Shown: positions 27,463-39,020 of the stretch, one piece after another
Layout: the number at the start of each line of letters is the position of its first letter
Position numbering within the stretch: position 1 is the stretch's first letter
Source: Sphagnum compactum
Lineage: Eukaryota
Direction: 5' to 3'
Assembly: GCA_965153455.1 (NCBI GenBank)
Contig: OZ234493.1
Span: 16,482,213 to 16,546,212, forward strand
Length of the DNA: 64,000 nt
The notes under the pieces: generated by a model
Seen by the model: the letters and a program-made list of their open reading frames with translations, nothing else
Told to the model about the DNA's origin: nothing
The model's database searches: none
Translations under genes and position numbers: made by a program

Positions 27463-30400
27463 CAGTGTTGCTGTGGAGTTTTCTTTGCATTCTCATAGAG
27501 ATGTCATCTTCCTACTGATAAGAACATATTGCTGGCTCATGTTGATAATGGCTCACCTCTAGCAGTTGGTCAGCCTTGACTTGGACGGATAGTCTTTGAA
27601 TTCATCTGAAATCATCCTGGTGATATTTGCTTGTTTTAGATATGATCTGAGGATGTGAATTTGCGAACAAGGAGGGGAGAATATTAAAGGCCTCGGAAGT
27701 ACTTTGTTTGCAACTACCAAAGAACTTGAATAGACAGCGAGATGTGCAGTTGACATTGACACTTAAGGTGTGTTGTATTCAATGTATTCATTGAACTTTT
27801 GTTGTCTAATCCACCTGAAATGTCAGGTGTCAGTATACTATCTGAGCTATTACAGTAAAAAAACTCTTCAAATCTGTGTCAGCTTCTCTGCAATGAAAAT
27901 GCCAGTGTGCATTGCACCTTCAAAAGTTAGTTTCTTGGATGGAGCACATTCTTTTATCTCTTCAGAAGAATGGAATGTTAGTAGTATGAGATGTTTTATG
28001 ACCTCGTCATTTGATTCATTGCTAGGATATCGGACTCAGAAGTTTGGTTCTACTGAATTTAGAAGCACACTTGTTGTGTCAGCATGGACATCTAAAATTA
28101 TTTTACAGGATCTTCAACCTTGCAGGCCTTAGCAAGATTGCGTAATTCTTAGGGTGTTGAAACAAAGTTGGATGACTCAGACACCCAGTACCTCGTGACC
28201 CCAACTCCATTAGAACAAGGTTGGCTACAATGTTCAAACATCCAGAATGACAATTGTACAATGGTGAATTTGGGTATTTTTCTAAGTATTGTGAAGCCAT
28301 CTCCACCAAGATAGAATATCCCTTGCACTATGTTTTAATTTGTGGATTTATGTCCCAATTCACCTATCCCACCAAATCTGGTCCAACCTCTAAAGCCCTA
28401 GATTGGAATGGGTGAAAATCTCTCTTTTGCCTCCAAATTGTAACTCAATTCAAGATTAGCCACCATGGCCATGGAATTCGAATTCATGAAATCACATTGC
28501 CCTTAATGAGCATCCATGGCATCAACAATTTTAGTTGTTTTGGACATGGTTCACATATGCCCTTATTTCAAGGGAAAAACATTTTTTTGTTACAGAAGAA
28601 TGCCAACTTTGTTGCAAGTTCCTTCACAATAACATGAGGGATTGACAAAGAAGCAACACATTCTAGGATGGGGTGTGACGACTACAAGTTAAAAGAACAT
28701 ATTTGTTGGGCTGCGACACCTACTTTCCCATAAGGAAGTGAGGAATGCTAAAACATGACATTGCAAAGTTTTATGGTTATGTGGTTGTGTTGAATGAATC
28801 TATGAACTAATTTGAAAAAGACACTCTACATAAAGTGGTGGACATTCTCCAAGCTTGGTGATTTAATGAAAATCTTTAGTTGTTGTCTTTAGAATGTTAT
28901 AGGAATATAGTGTAGGTTGCACTTCTCTATTCAAGAACTTTGCAAAATAATGACTTGTAAACTTAATACACATCACAAATTGTCAATAACTATATTACAA
29001 ATGATACAAAATGTTTTGTAAATTCAAGGTTGTGATAATTACTCATACAAATATTTTTCTAAAACATATTTTAGCCACAACTCTAATTCAAGATTTATGT
29101 TCTAAGCTTTCAATCTAATATGCACAAATGGAAACTTTTGGATTTAGAAGTTGTCTTACCATATTGGATTTCACATAAAATTATCATATTTGCATGATAT
29201 TTCCAAAATGTGATTGCAAATATGATACTTCCCACAATCACAAAAAAGAGAAGTATTGTTGATAGTGTCCATTTTAACATCTAGTCATTTGTTTAGGGGG
29301 GGATGAGGGGGGGGGGGGTCCCTAAGTAAATTGATGATACCTTGTTACCACGTATAGTTGGACATTCATATTGAATCTTTCGATAACCTTGTTAACATGT
29401 TTGTGTTGTAACATATGTACATATATAGATTATAATAACTTCAACATAAACTTAGAAATATTTCAAATCTAGTTGAAGAATTGTGGATAAGTTGTATGCT
29501 TGATGTAAACTTTTTGAAAACCCATTTACATATAACATTATTCTAGTGATGTAGGAATTGATTATATGGGGTTCTTTGCAAAAGGTTTTGTATGTCACTT
29601 TTACATGACCATTCTAGTCGTATGGTCGTCCTTGGAACCATTCCAAAGACAATTTCGAAATAACTACCTCATTTTCAAGCTTAACTACTTCATAACTACT
29701 TTCTTTCCTATTAACTTTCATAATAAGTATTTCTCACCTTTCCTAATAACTACTTCTATTTTATAACTACCTCACTCCTTTTTCCTATCCACCAACATGG
29801 ATTTTAAAATAAAAATTAACATGTGTCTTTTCATGTCCATGAATTTTAGATTAATTTAAATTAAATTTGATATTGACATAAATACATGAAAACATTTATT
29901 TAAAAAATAGTTGAATGTCACTAGTAGTGTGCAACAACGTGGAAGTCAAATGTAATACATATGATTAGTTATTATAAAAATTTGAGACAATGGTTACAAC
30001 ATGGATTCCTTTCAAATCTATGAATAATATGACTATCATTCCGAGTTTTAGTAATCTTCAAACCCATAATTAAAAAAATATTAATTTCCAAGAAAATTGT
30101 TTCTAATGTCATGAAATTTAATGTAAATTTCCATGCAATACAATCTATTCAAATAGTTGCACATTACAAACATTTCAAAGTATAACCTTTTTTTAAAAAA
30201 TTGTTTACAAATATGTATGTGACCTTGGATGCAAGTAAGAATGGATACTTACAAAACCAATGAATAGGTGCCATTTTCCCAAGGCGAGATGTATTTATTT
30301 ATATTATTATCCACAACATATATCCCCCCCCCCCCCCCCCCACCCGCTAAATGTGGTGTGTTTATATTTGTCTCATTGAAGATTCCATTAAAGTTGCTTT

Positions 30401-30736
30401 GATCAATTGCATCAATAATTTTGAATAAATGATATTTCAAATTCCATGCGCCAAAACATGAACTATTGTAGCATTGAAATGGAAGTACTTTAAATCCTAT
30501 AAAAATTCTAAAAGATTTATGAAAAGTAAGTGTGATAAGCAAATGATTAAGAAGGCCAAATCCTAGTAATAACAATTGTGTTGAATGACAACATATATTA
30601 TAAAGAATTGTGAAACTTTGAGTTTATGGACCTATTGGAATACCTTTCCACATTTACAAAAACGATAAATTAATTAAATGGACAAATGTTACATTAAATA
30701 TACATGTTGAATTTAATCATATAATGAATATACAAA

Positions 30737-33700
30737 TCACATCCTTTTGGAAGTGGAGTCGAATCTTTTCCATAGTGCGTTGAAAGGTTCTTGGATTAAT
30801 GTGGCAATATATTGCAATCCTTTCTTTTTGTTCAATCCTTCCAAACGTTGCAAAACTTCTTGCATTTCTGGTCTTTGATTTGGGTCTTCCTATAAGAAAC
30901 AAGCGTCATAAAAGTTAGATGTTTATTATGTAATTGTTATACATTACAATCAAACCATGGCAAAATGCTCCAATAAATAGGACCATATGTTCATGTCTCA
31001 ATTTTCATAACATAATTTGAACATATATTCTTCAAAAAGGAGTGTAGAAACCAACTTATATTTGTATTCAACAACATAATTTTATGTTATTTGAAACTAG
31101 GATACTCAAATTGACTTTACATATCAATCATGCAAATGGTTTAAGGAATTCCAAATGAAATTGAATGTACCATTTGCATGTGCAAACCTTCTTAAGAAGT
31201 TTTACATTCATTAATCAATCCAATTTAACTTATTTCACTAGTAAAAGCGTGGTTTATGACTAAATTTTAGTCACAAACAACATTTGCCACTAAAAGTTAG
31301 CCTAGTAGCAAATGACAAATTAGGAACGACGCTAGTTGCAAACAACAGATGAAATATTTGTTTTCATAGAATACACATATGACAATTTTACACATGTATC
31401 CAAGGATGAGCTCTTGCGACTACACTTACAACTACAATGTACAGCAATATGTTGAATGTTGAAGTTGTTTACATTGTAGTTGTAATATGTGCCATGTGGT
31501 GGCTTAAGATTGAAGGACGTGACAACTTAAAATTTATAATCATTTAAGGTTAATTTAAGGTTGGACCACTTATGATAGGCCAATTGGCACTTGAGCTAAG
31601 CCTAGGTTAGGCCACCTAACCTAATTAAGTGCCTAATGTACGTAACCTAATTTCAAGGTAAACCATTTAAAATAGGCCATGTGGCACCTAGGCTATGCCT
31701 AGGCCACCTAGCCATTGTCTAGCTTAGGTAGGTAGGTACTTAGGTCTAGGTCTAAATTGTTACAACAAAATCCAATTTTATTTTTAATTTAACCTATTAT
31801 GTGGAGCGTATGTGATTAGCTCCTCCCATATGGCAACTAAAAAAATTTAATGTGTTTACACCAAATCAACCTATTTATATAGTTTGTAAATTTGAAATGG
31901 AAGACAAACAATATGGGATAAAATTTTATCTATAGCTCTTAGTCGCATAGTTCTAACCTAGTTGCAACTATTCCTTAAGATATACTATTACATAGCCTAC
32001 CTACTAGGTAGCATAAGTTTTTACTAGGTAATCATTTAGATAATATTTATTTGAAGTCAAAATTCAAATAGTTTAAAAATAATTATTTATTTAAAATACC
32101 TATTTAGATAGCCTCTAAATAAATATTTATAATTCAATAGGCCTATTAAGTAGCTAGTGGATACGTAGGTATATATGTAGATACCTAATAAATAGCTAGG
32201 TAGCTAGGTAGATAAATGGTATATAGGTAGGTGTACAAAGTAGGTAGGTAGGGTATATGCACCTAGTAAATAAATAGGTAGGTAGTAGGTAGGTATTTAG
32301 TAATTATGTAGGTAGGGATGTAAGTGGTATGTACATAAATACATAACAGGTAGGTATATGGTACATATGTGGGTACCTAGTAATTAAGTAGGTAGGTAGG
32401 TAATTAAGTAGGTAAACATTTAGTAGGTAGGTATAAACATATAGATAAATATGTATTATTAAATAATCTATATGTGTAGTTACTAGGTAACATATGTACC
32501 TTATGTACTTATAATGTAACTATTTTGGTTGCATGTGCAACTGAATGTATATATGATGTTGTAAAAATAAAAAGACATCATGAAAAATCAACCTATTGAA
32601 AAGATGAAATAGGTCATAATTACAACCTAGTTGAAAAGAAGACCAAAATCCATCCAAATTTGAAAATTAGTTTCAGAGGCAACCATTCATAGTCATAAGC
32701 GACATTTAGTCGCACATAGTCACACAAGGAATGGTTGCAAATGACAAGATTTCTATTAGTGTTTCATATTGTTTCAAATATTACATTGAATCCATGATTT
32801 TAGGTTTTTGAAATTTGCTTGACCACAAATTGAATGATAAAATAAAAGATTTGGCACAAGATTTACCTTGATGCATTGAAGGGAAATTTGCAAAAATGAT
32901 TTGGCTTCATTTCGATCAAACCCAACAATTGAATTATTAATTGCAACATCAAAAATTTGTTGAAATCCATCTTCTTCCTCTTGAACCTCTTGTACCCATT
33001 GGATAAAGTGGCGAATGTGAATTTCATTTCCATCTAAAGTCAATGGTGACCCATTCACAAGTCGAATCAACAATACTCCAAAGCTATACACATCACTTTT
33101 TGTCAATGCTTGATTTGAATGAATTTCTGGTGCCATATATCCGCTTGTTCCTGGCCTAGAAGTTGAAGCTAATGCAATCTGAATTTAAAAATTCAAAAAT
33201 ATCAATAATTTCAATGTGCGTTGCATGCATTGAATATACATGTCAAAATTCATAAAACCCATACCCAATATGGTATAATACCAATAGGAAACTTGATTTT
33301 TTTTTAATCACAAAAGTCGCAATCCTTTTGTTATTACTTGTGCACACATAAAAATAAATTTTGTAATATAAAATTTGTAATTTCATGAATTATTACATTA
33401 AGTGTTTTTCAAATATTCATTTTACATTGTGATTGTTTATCATATTATTCCATGACCTATAATAATGAAAATATAAAATTATTAAATTGTGGCACACAAG
33501 AGTGTTCAAATTTGCAAAGTTCATAATTGCACTAAGATATAATGCCCATGCATTTAATCAACAAAAAAATAATGGTGGGGCACATACCACATTTTCATCC
33601 CTGCCATGTAAAATTTTTGCCAACCCAAAATCAGCCAATTTTGGGGTGTAATCCTTATCCAAAAGGATATTTCCTGGTTTGATGTCAAGATGAACAATGG

Positions 33701-36700
33701 TTGGATCACATTTATGATGCAAATGTGCCAATCCTCGAGCGACCCCTATAATGATGCATATTCGTTTGTCCCAATCCAAACGTTTATCTCCATCGAGCCA
33801 TTTGTCAAGAGATGAATTTGAAATGTATTCATACACCAACATGTGTTTTAAACCTTTGATACAATAGCCCAAAAGACGAACCAAATTCATATGTCGAATT
33901 GATCCCAAGGTGTTCATTTCTGATACGAAAGATTTTTTTGCACCTTCATTATGTTCACCACTCCATTCCAAAACTTTAATCGCAATTGTAATGCCTTTCC
34001 AACAACTTTGATACACCTCACCATAGGCTCCTCTCCCCAAACTTGGTCCGAAATTCAATTCATCGTATGTAAAAGATCGAATACTCGAATTTAATGGCAA
34101 CGATTCTATTATCGGTTGGTATTCATCGAACATCCATTTCAACCATTTTCGATCTTGTTCATCATTTGGTGTGAGATTATGAAGTTTATCGATCGCTTCC
34201 AATGCTGCTTGATATTTGTTTAAACTCCAACTCATGTGGGCATGAACTGTTAAAGTGAATGCATCATTTGGTTCAAGAACATCAGCCTTGTCAAGATCCT
34301 CGAAGGTTCCTTGATAGTCACCCAGGTTCCTTTTGATAGCTCCACGAACACTCAAAGTGAATGCATTGTTTGGTTCAAGAACATCAGCTTCATCAAGATC
34401 CTCCAAGGCTCCTTGATAGTCATGCAACATCCTTTTGACATCTCCACGAACACTCAAAATGAATGCATTGATTGGTTCAAGAACATGACCCTTGTCAAAG
34501 TCCTCCAAGGCTCCTTGATAGTCATCCAACATCCTTTTGACATCTCCACGACGTCGCAAAGTGAATGCATTGTTTGGTTCAAGAACATCAGCCTTGTCAA
34601 GGTCCTCCAAGGCTCCTTGATAGTCATCCAATATCCTTTTGACATTTCCACGACGTCGCAAAGTGAATGCATTGTTTGGTTCAAGAACATCAGCCTTGTC
34701 AAGGTCCTCCAAGGCTCCTTGATAGTCATTCAACATCCTTTTGACCTCTCCACGACTCCTCAAAATGAATGCATCATTTGGTTCAAGAACATCAGCCTTG
34801 TTAAGGTCCTCCACGGCTCCTTGATAGTCATGCAACATCCTTTTGACCTCTCCACGAACACTCAAAGTGAATGCATTGTTTGGTTCAAGAACATGAGCCT
34901 TGTCAAGGTCGTCCAAGGCTCCTTGATAGTCATGCAACATCCTTTTGACCTCTCCACGAACACTCAAAGTGAATGCATTGTTTGGTTTAAGAACATGACC
35001 CTTGTCAAGGTCCTCCAAGGCTCCTTGATAGTCATCCAACATCTTTTTGACCTCTCCACGAACACTAAAAGTGAATGCATTGTTTGGTTCAAGAACATCA
35101 GCCTTGTCAAGGTCCTCCAAGGCTCCTTGATAGTCATGCAACATCCTTTTGACCTCTCCACGAACACTCAAAGTGAATGCATTGTTTGGTTCAAGAACAT
35201 GAGCCTTGTCAAGGTCCTCCAAGGCTCCTTGATAGTCATCCAACTTCTTTTTGATCTCTCCACGACTCCTCAAAGTGAATGCATCGTTTGGTTCAAGAAC
35301 ATGAGCCTTGTCAACGTCCTCCAAGGCTCCTTGATAGTCATGGAACATCCTTTTGACCTCTCCACGAATTCGCAAAGTGAATGCATCGTTTGGTTCAAGA
35401 ACATGAGCCTTGTCAAGGTCCTCCAAGGCTCCTTGATAGTCATCCAATATCCTTTTAACATCTCCACGATTCCTCAAAGTGAATGCATTGTTTGGTTCAA
35501 GAACATCAGCCTTGTCAAGGTCCTCCAAGGCTCCTTGATAGTCATCCAACATTCTTTTGACATCTCCACGATGTCGCAAAGTGAATGCATTGTTTGGTTC
35601 AAGAACATGAGCCTTGTCAAGGTCGTCCAAGGCTCCTTGATAGTCATGCAACATCCTTTTGACCTCTCCACGAACACTCAAAGTGAATGCATTGTTTGGT
35701 TCAAGAACATGACCCTTGTCAAGGTCCTCCAAGGCTCCTTGATAGTCATCCAACATCTTTTTGACCTCTCCACGAACACTCAAAGTGAATGCATTGTTTG
35801 GTTCAAGAACATCAGCCTTGTCAAGGTCCTCCAAGGCTCCTTGATAGTCATGCAACATCCTTTTGACCTCTCCACGAACACTCAAAGTGAATGCATTGTT
35901 TGGTTCAAGAACATGAGCCTTGTCAAGGTCCTCCAAGGCTCCTTGATAGTCATCCAACTTCTTTTTGATCTCTCCACGACTCCTCAAAGTGAATGCATCG
36001 TTTGGTTCAAGAACATGAGCCTTGTCAACGTCCTCCAAGGCTCCTTGATAGTCATGGAACATCCTTTTGACCTCTCCACGAATTCGCAAAGTGAATGCAT
36101 CGTTTGGTTCAAGAACATGAGCCTTGTCAAGGTCCTCCAAGGCTCCTTGATAGTCATCCAATATCCTTTTGACATCTCCACGATTCCTCAAAGTGAATGC
36201 ATTGTTTGGTTCAAGAACATCAGCCTTGTCAAGGTCCTCCAAGGCTCCTTGATAGTCATCCAGGATCCTTTTGATAGCTCCATGACTCCTCAAAGTGAAT
36301 GCATCGTTTGGTTCAAGAACATCAGTTTCATGAAGATCCTCCAAGGCTCCTTGATAGTCATCCAACTTCTTTTTGATCTCTCCACGACTCCTCAAAGTGA
36401 ATGCATCGTTTGGTTCAAGAACATGAGCCTTGTCAAGGTCCTCCAAGGCTCCTTGATAGTCATGGAACATCCTTTTGACCTCTCCACGAATTCGCAAAGT
36501 GAATGCATTGTTTGGTTCAAGAACGTCAGCCTTGTCAAGGTCCTCCAAGGCTCCTTGATAGTCATCCAATATCCTTTTGACATCTCCACGATTCCTCAAA
36601 GTGAATGCATTGTTTGGTTCAAGAACATCAGCCTTGTCAAGGTCCTCCAAGGCTCCTTGATAGTCATGCAACATCCTTTTGACATCTCCACGAGTCCTCA

Positions 36701-37388
36701 AAGTGAATGTATTGTTTGGTTCAAGAACATCAGCCTTGTTAAGGTCCTCCAAGGCTCCTTGATAATCATGCAACATCCTTTTGACCTCTCCACGAACACT
36801 CAAAGTGAATGCACTATTTGGTTCAAGAACATCAGCTCCGTCAAGATCCTCCAAGGCTCCTTGATAGTCATGCAAGATTATTTTGAAAGTTCCACGAACA
36901 CTCAAAGTGAATGCATCATTTGGTGCAAGAACATCAGCCTTGTGAAGAGCCTCTAAGGCTCCTTGATAGTCATCCAACATCGTTTTGACCTCTCCACGAA
37001 TAGTCAAAGTGACTACATTGTTTGGTTCAAGAACATCAACTTTGTCAAGGTCCTCCAAGGCTCTTTGAAAGTCATGCAACATCTTTTTGACATTTCCACA
37101 AATCTTCAAAGTGATTACATTGCTTGGCGCAAGAACATCACCCTTGTGAAGGTCCTTCAATGCTCCTTGATACTCATCTAACATCTTTTTAACCTTTGCA
37201 CGAATTCGCAAAATGAATGCATTGTTTGGTTGAAGAATATCAACCTCGTCAATGTTCTCCAAAGCTCCTTGATAGTCATTTGACATCCCTTTTACATTTT
37301 CATGAGTCTTCAAAGGGATTGCATTGTTTTGTTCAAGAACATCAACCTTGTCGAACTCCTCCAAAGCTCCTTGATAATCATCCAACAT
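30737..37388 (-). CDS. TPR-array / non-RD RLK-Pelle protein kinase fusion, ~1421 aa; exons 37388-33588, 33178-32867, 30889-30737
   Basis: About 31 34-aa TPRs (G8, Y17, A20, L24, A27, P32), then RSFTYDEL, GRGAYG, IAIK, EMNTL, HLDIKPGN and DFG. Two canonical phase-0 GT-AG introns join ENV|IALASTSRPGTSGYMAPE...DVYSFG...CIK|EDPNQRPEMQEVLQRLEG...KRM*. The true start codon is uncertain. Confidence 0.88.
31236..32761. mobile_element. Non-autonomous CACTA element in intron 2 of the TPR-kinase
   Basis: Begins CACTAgtaaaa at 31236 and ends tttctatTAGTG at 32761, with a 3-bp TTT duplication on both sides. It has sub-terminal agtcgca/gttgcaa repeats and an internal (AGGT)n-rich tract. Confidence 0.8.
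34161..37388 (-). repeat. 102-bp coding tandem array (~31.5 TPR units)
   Basis: Consensus AFTLxxRGxVKRMLxDYQGALEDLDKAxVLEPNN repeated with no indels. Confidence 0.97.
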
Positions 37389-37800
37389 TCTTTTGACCTT
37401 TGCACGAGTTCACAAAGAGAGTGCATCGTTTGGTTCAAGAACATGAACCTTGTCAAGGTCCTTGAAAGCTCTTTCATAATTGTTTAACACATGTTTGACA
37501 TATTAATAAAAATCCCTAAAATATGTGCAATGCTTGGTTTAATAACATCATGTTTGTCAAAGTCTTCAAAAGTTTTTTCATCTTCCTTAAAGACCTTTTT
37601 TTTCATGTGCACAAGTTCTTAAACTTAATGCACTTTTGGTTCATTGAACATAAACCTTGTCAAGGTTTTTCAAGGCTACTTGATAATCTTTCAATACCTT
37701 TTTTTCACATTTTTCACATGTGTTATTTAAATGATTCCATTGTTTAATTCATGAACACTAGCCTTGTGAAGGTCGTCCATGGTTTTTTCATAAGCATTTC
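37389..37800 (-). pseudogene. About 4 decayed TPR units upstream of the ORF
   Basis: VKHVLNNYERAFKDLDKVHVLEPNDALSL*TRAKVKR lies in frame immediately upstream. Further units (gattatcaagtagccttgaaaaaccttgacaagg, gacgaccttcacaaggct) contain stops and frameshifts in poly-A runs. Confidence 0.8.
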
Positions 37801-39020
37801 ATTTGTCAAGAACATGAAATAATGATATATATATATATATAGATATTGATTGAACATGAAACAAAATAATTGTGATAGAGATTTTTTTTGGGGGATATTC
37901 CACCAACCTATGCCACCTTACTTTCGTATAGATTTGAAATGTAATCATTACTTACATAATGATTAGGATACATAATTCTTATCATTGATGATTATTCCAC
38001 TTAGTTTAAAGAATGTGATTTGGTAATAAACATTTCATTACATTATGCAATTTGTTCAATTCAATAAATGTAGATAAAAGATGTGCGTCCACATCAATAT
38101 ATATTTTTCCACTTTTTGATGGAGCTAAGGTGGCAAGCATTCTTAGGCAAAATTTGATTTAACTAACAACATTGTTTCAAGGAACTTTTAATTGTTGCAA
38201 AACTATTTTGAATAGCTAGCTAATGCGAATTCAACTTTGTTCAAATTAAACTTTTTAATATAATCCCGTTTGAAATCTAAAAATATCGTATTCATGTTTT
38301 AGTTATTCACTCATTCCATTCATCACAACCTTCATACCTTTCACATCCTTGATTAAGAACACAAACTTAGTTTTGACGTTGCAAGACATATTGAGTTCAA
38401 GATGATAGAAGTTTGTGTGTGAAACACATACCTACAAGTTTTGAGAAATTGCAAAATATGTGATGTTCAAATGACCTTGATAGTTTTTGTTGTCTTTTAG
38501 CGTTGGTTGCTAGCCCAATGAAATGCATGTGAACACTATGGCAATCAAGAAAAACACCAAGTTAACCCACCTTAATAGAAAATCATGGTAGATGAGCATT
38601 TGTGCAAATTTGAATCATGATACAATCGTTACTTGAGGTCAAACATTCATAACATTACTAATGCGTTCAAGGACATGGAACCAAAGTTTTGGTGTTTGAG
38701 ACCTACCAAGTTTGACATAAAAGACATGATGATATGTGAAAAGCATTTGCACGTGGTGATTGGATGATGAACACTTCTCTTGTTGTTGCGTTGAGCCACA
38801 AAGCCGTATGAACATATGTGAAGAGATTGATGGCAATAGTGCAAGAAGGGAACCAACCTCGATAAAAGTTTGTAGCAAACTCGGGGATACAAATTTGGGC
38901 CAAGGGAGAATTAGTCCATTGGATTCCTTGCATTTATGCCAGACTCGCGAACATCTTGGAAGGTGGTTCTGATTAGAGGTTGAGAGAAAGGATCCAAGTG
39001 GTCCTTCCAGGACGGTGCAA

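Noticed and set aside
34311-36956. 881-aa plus-strand repetitive ORF
   Set aside because: It is the antisense shadow of the TPR array. One stop-free 102-bp unit repeated gives a long ORF automatically, and the minus frame matches the TPR consensus and continues into a kinase.
34161-37388. TAL-effector, PPR or CRISPR interpretation of the 34-aa/102-bp repeats
   Set aside because: The residues fit TPR (G8, A20, A27, P32). There is no TALE LTPxQVVAIAS signature, the units are not 35 aa, and there are no unique spacers.
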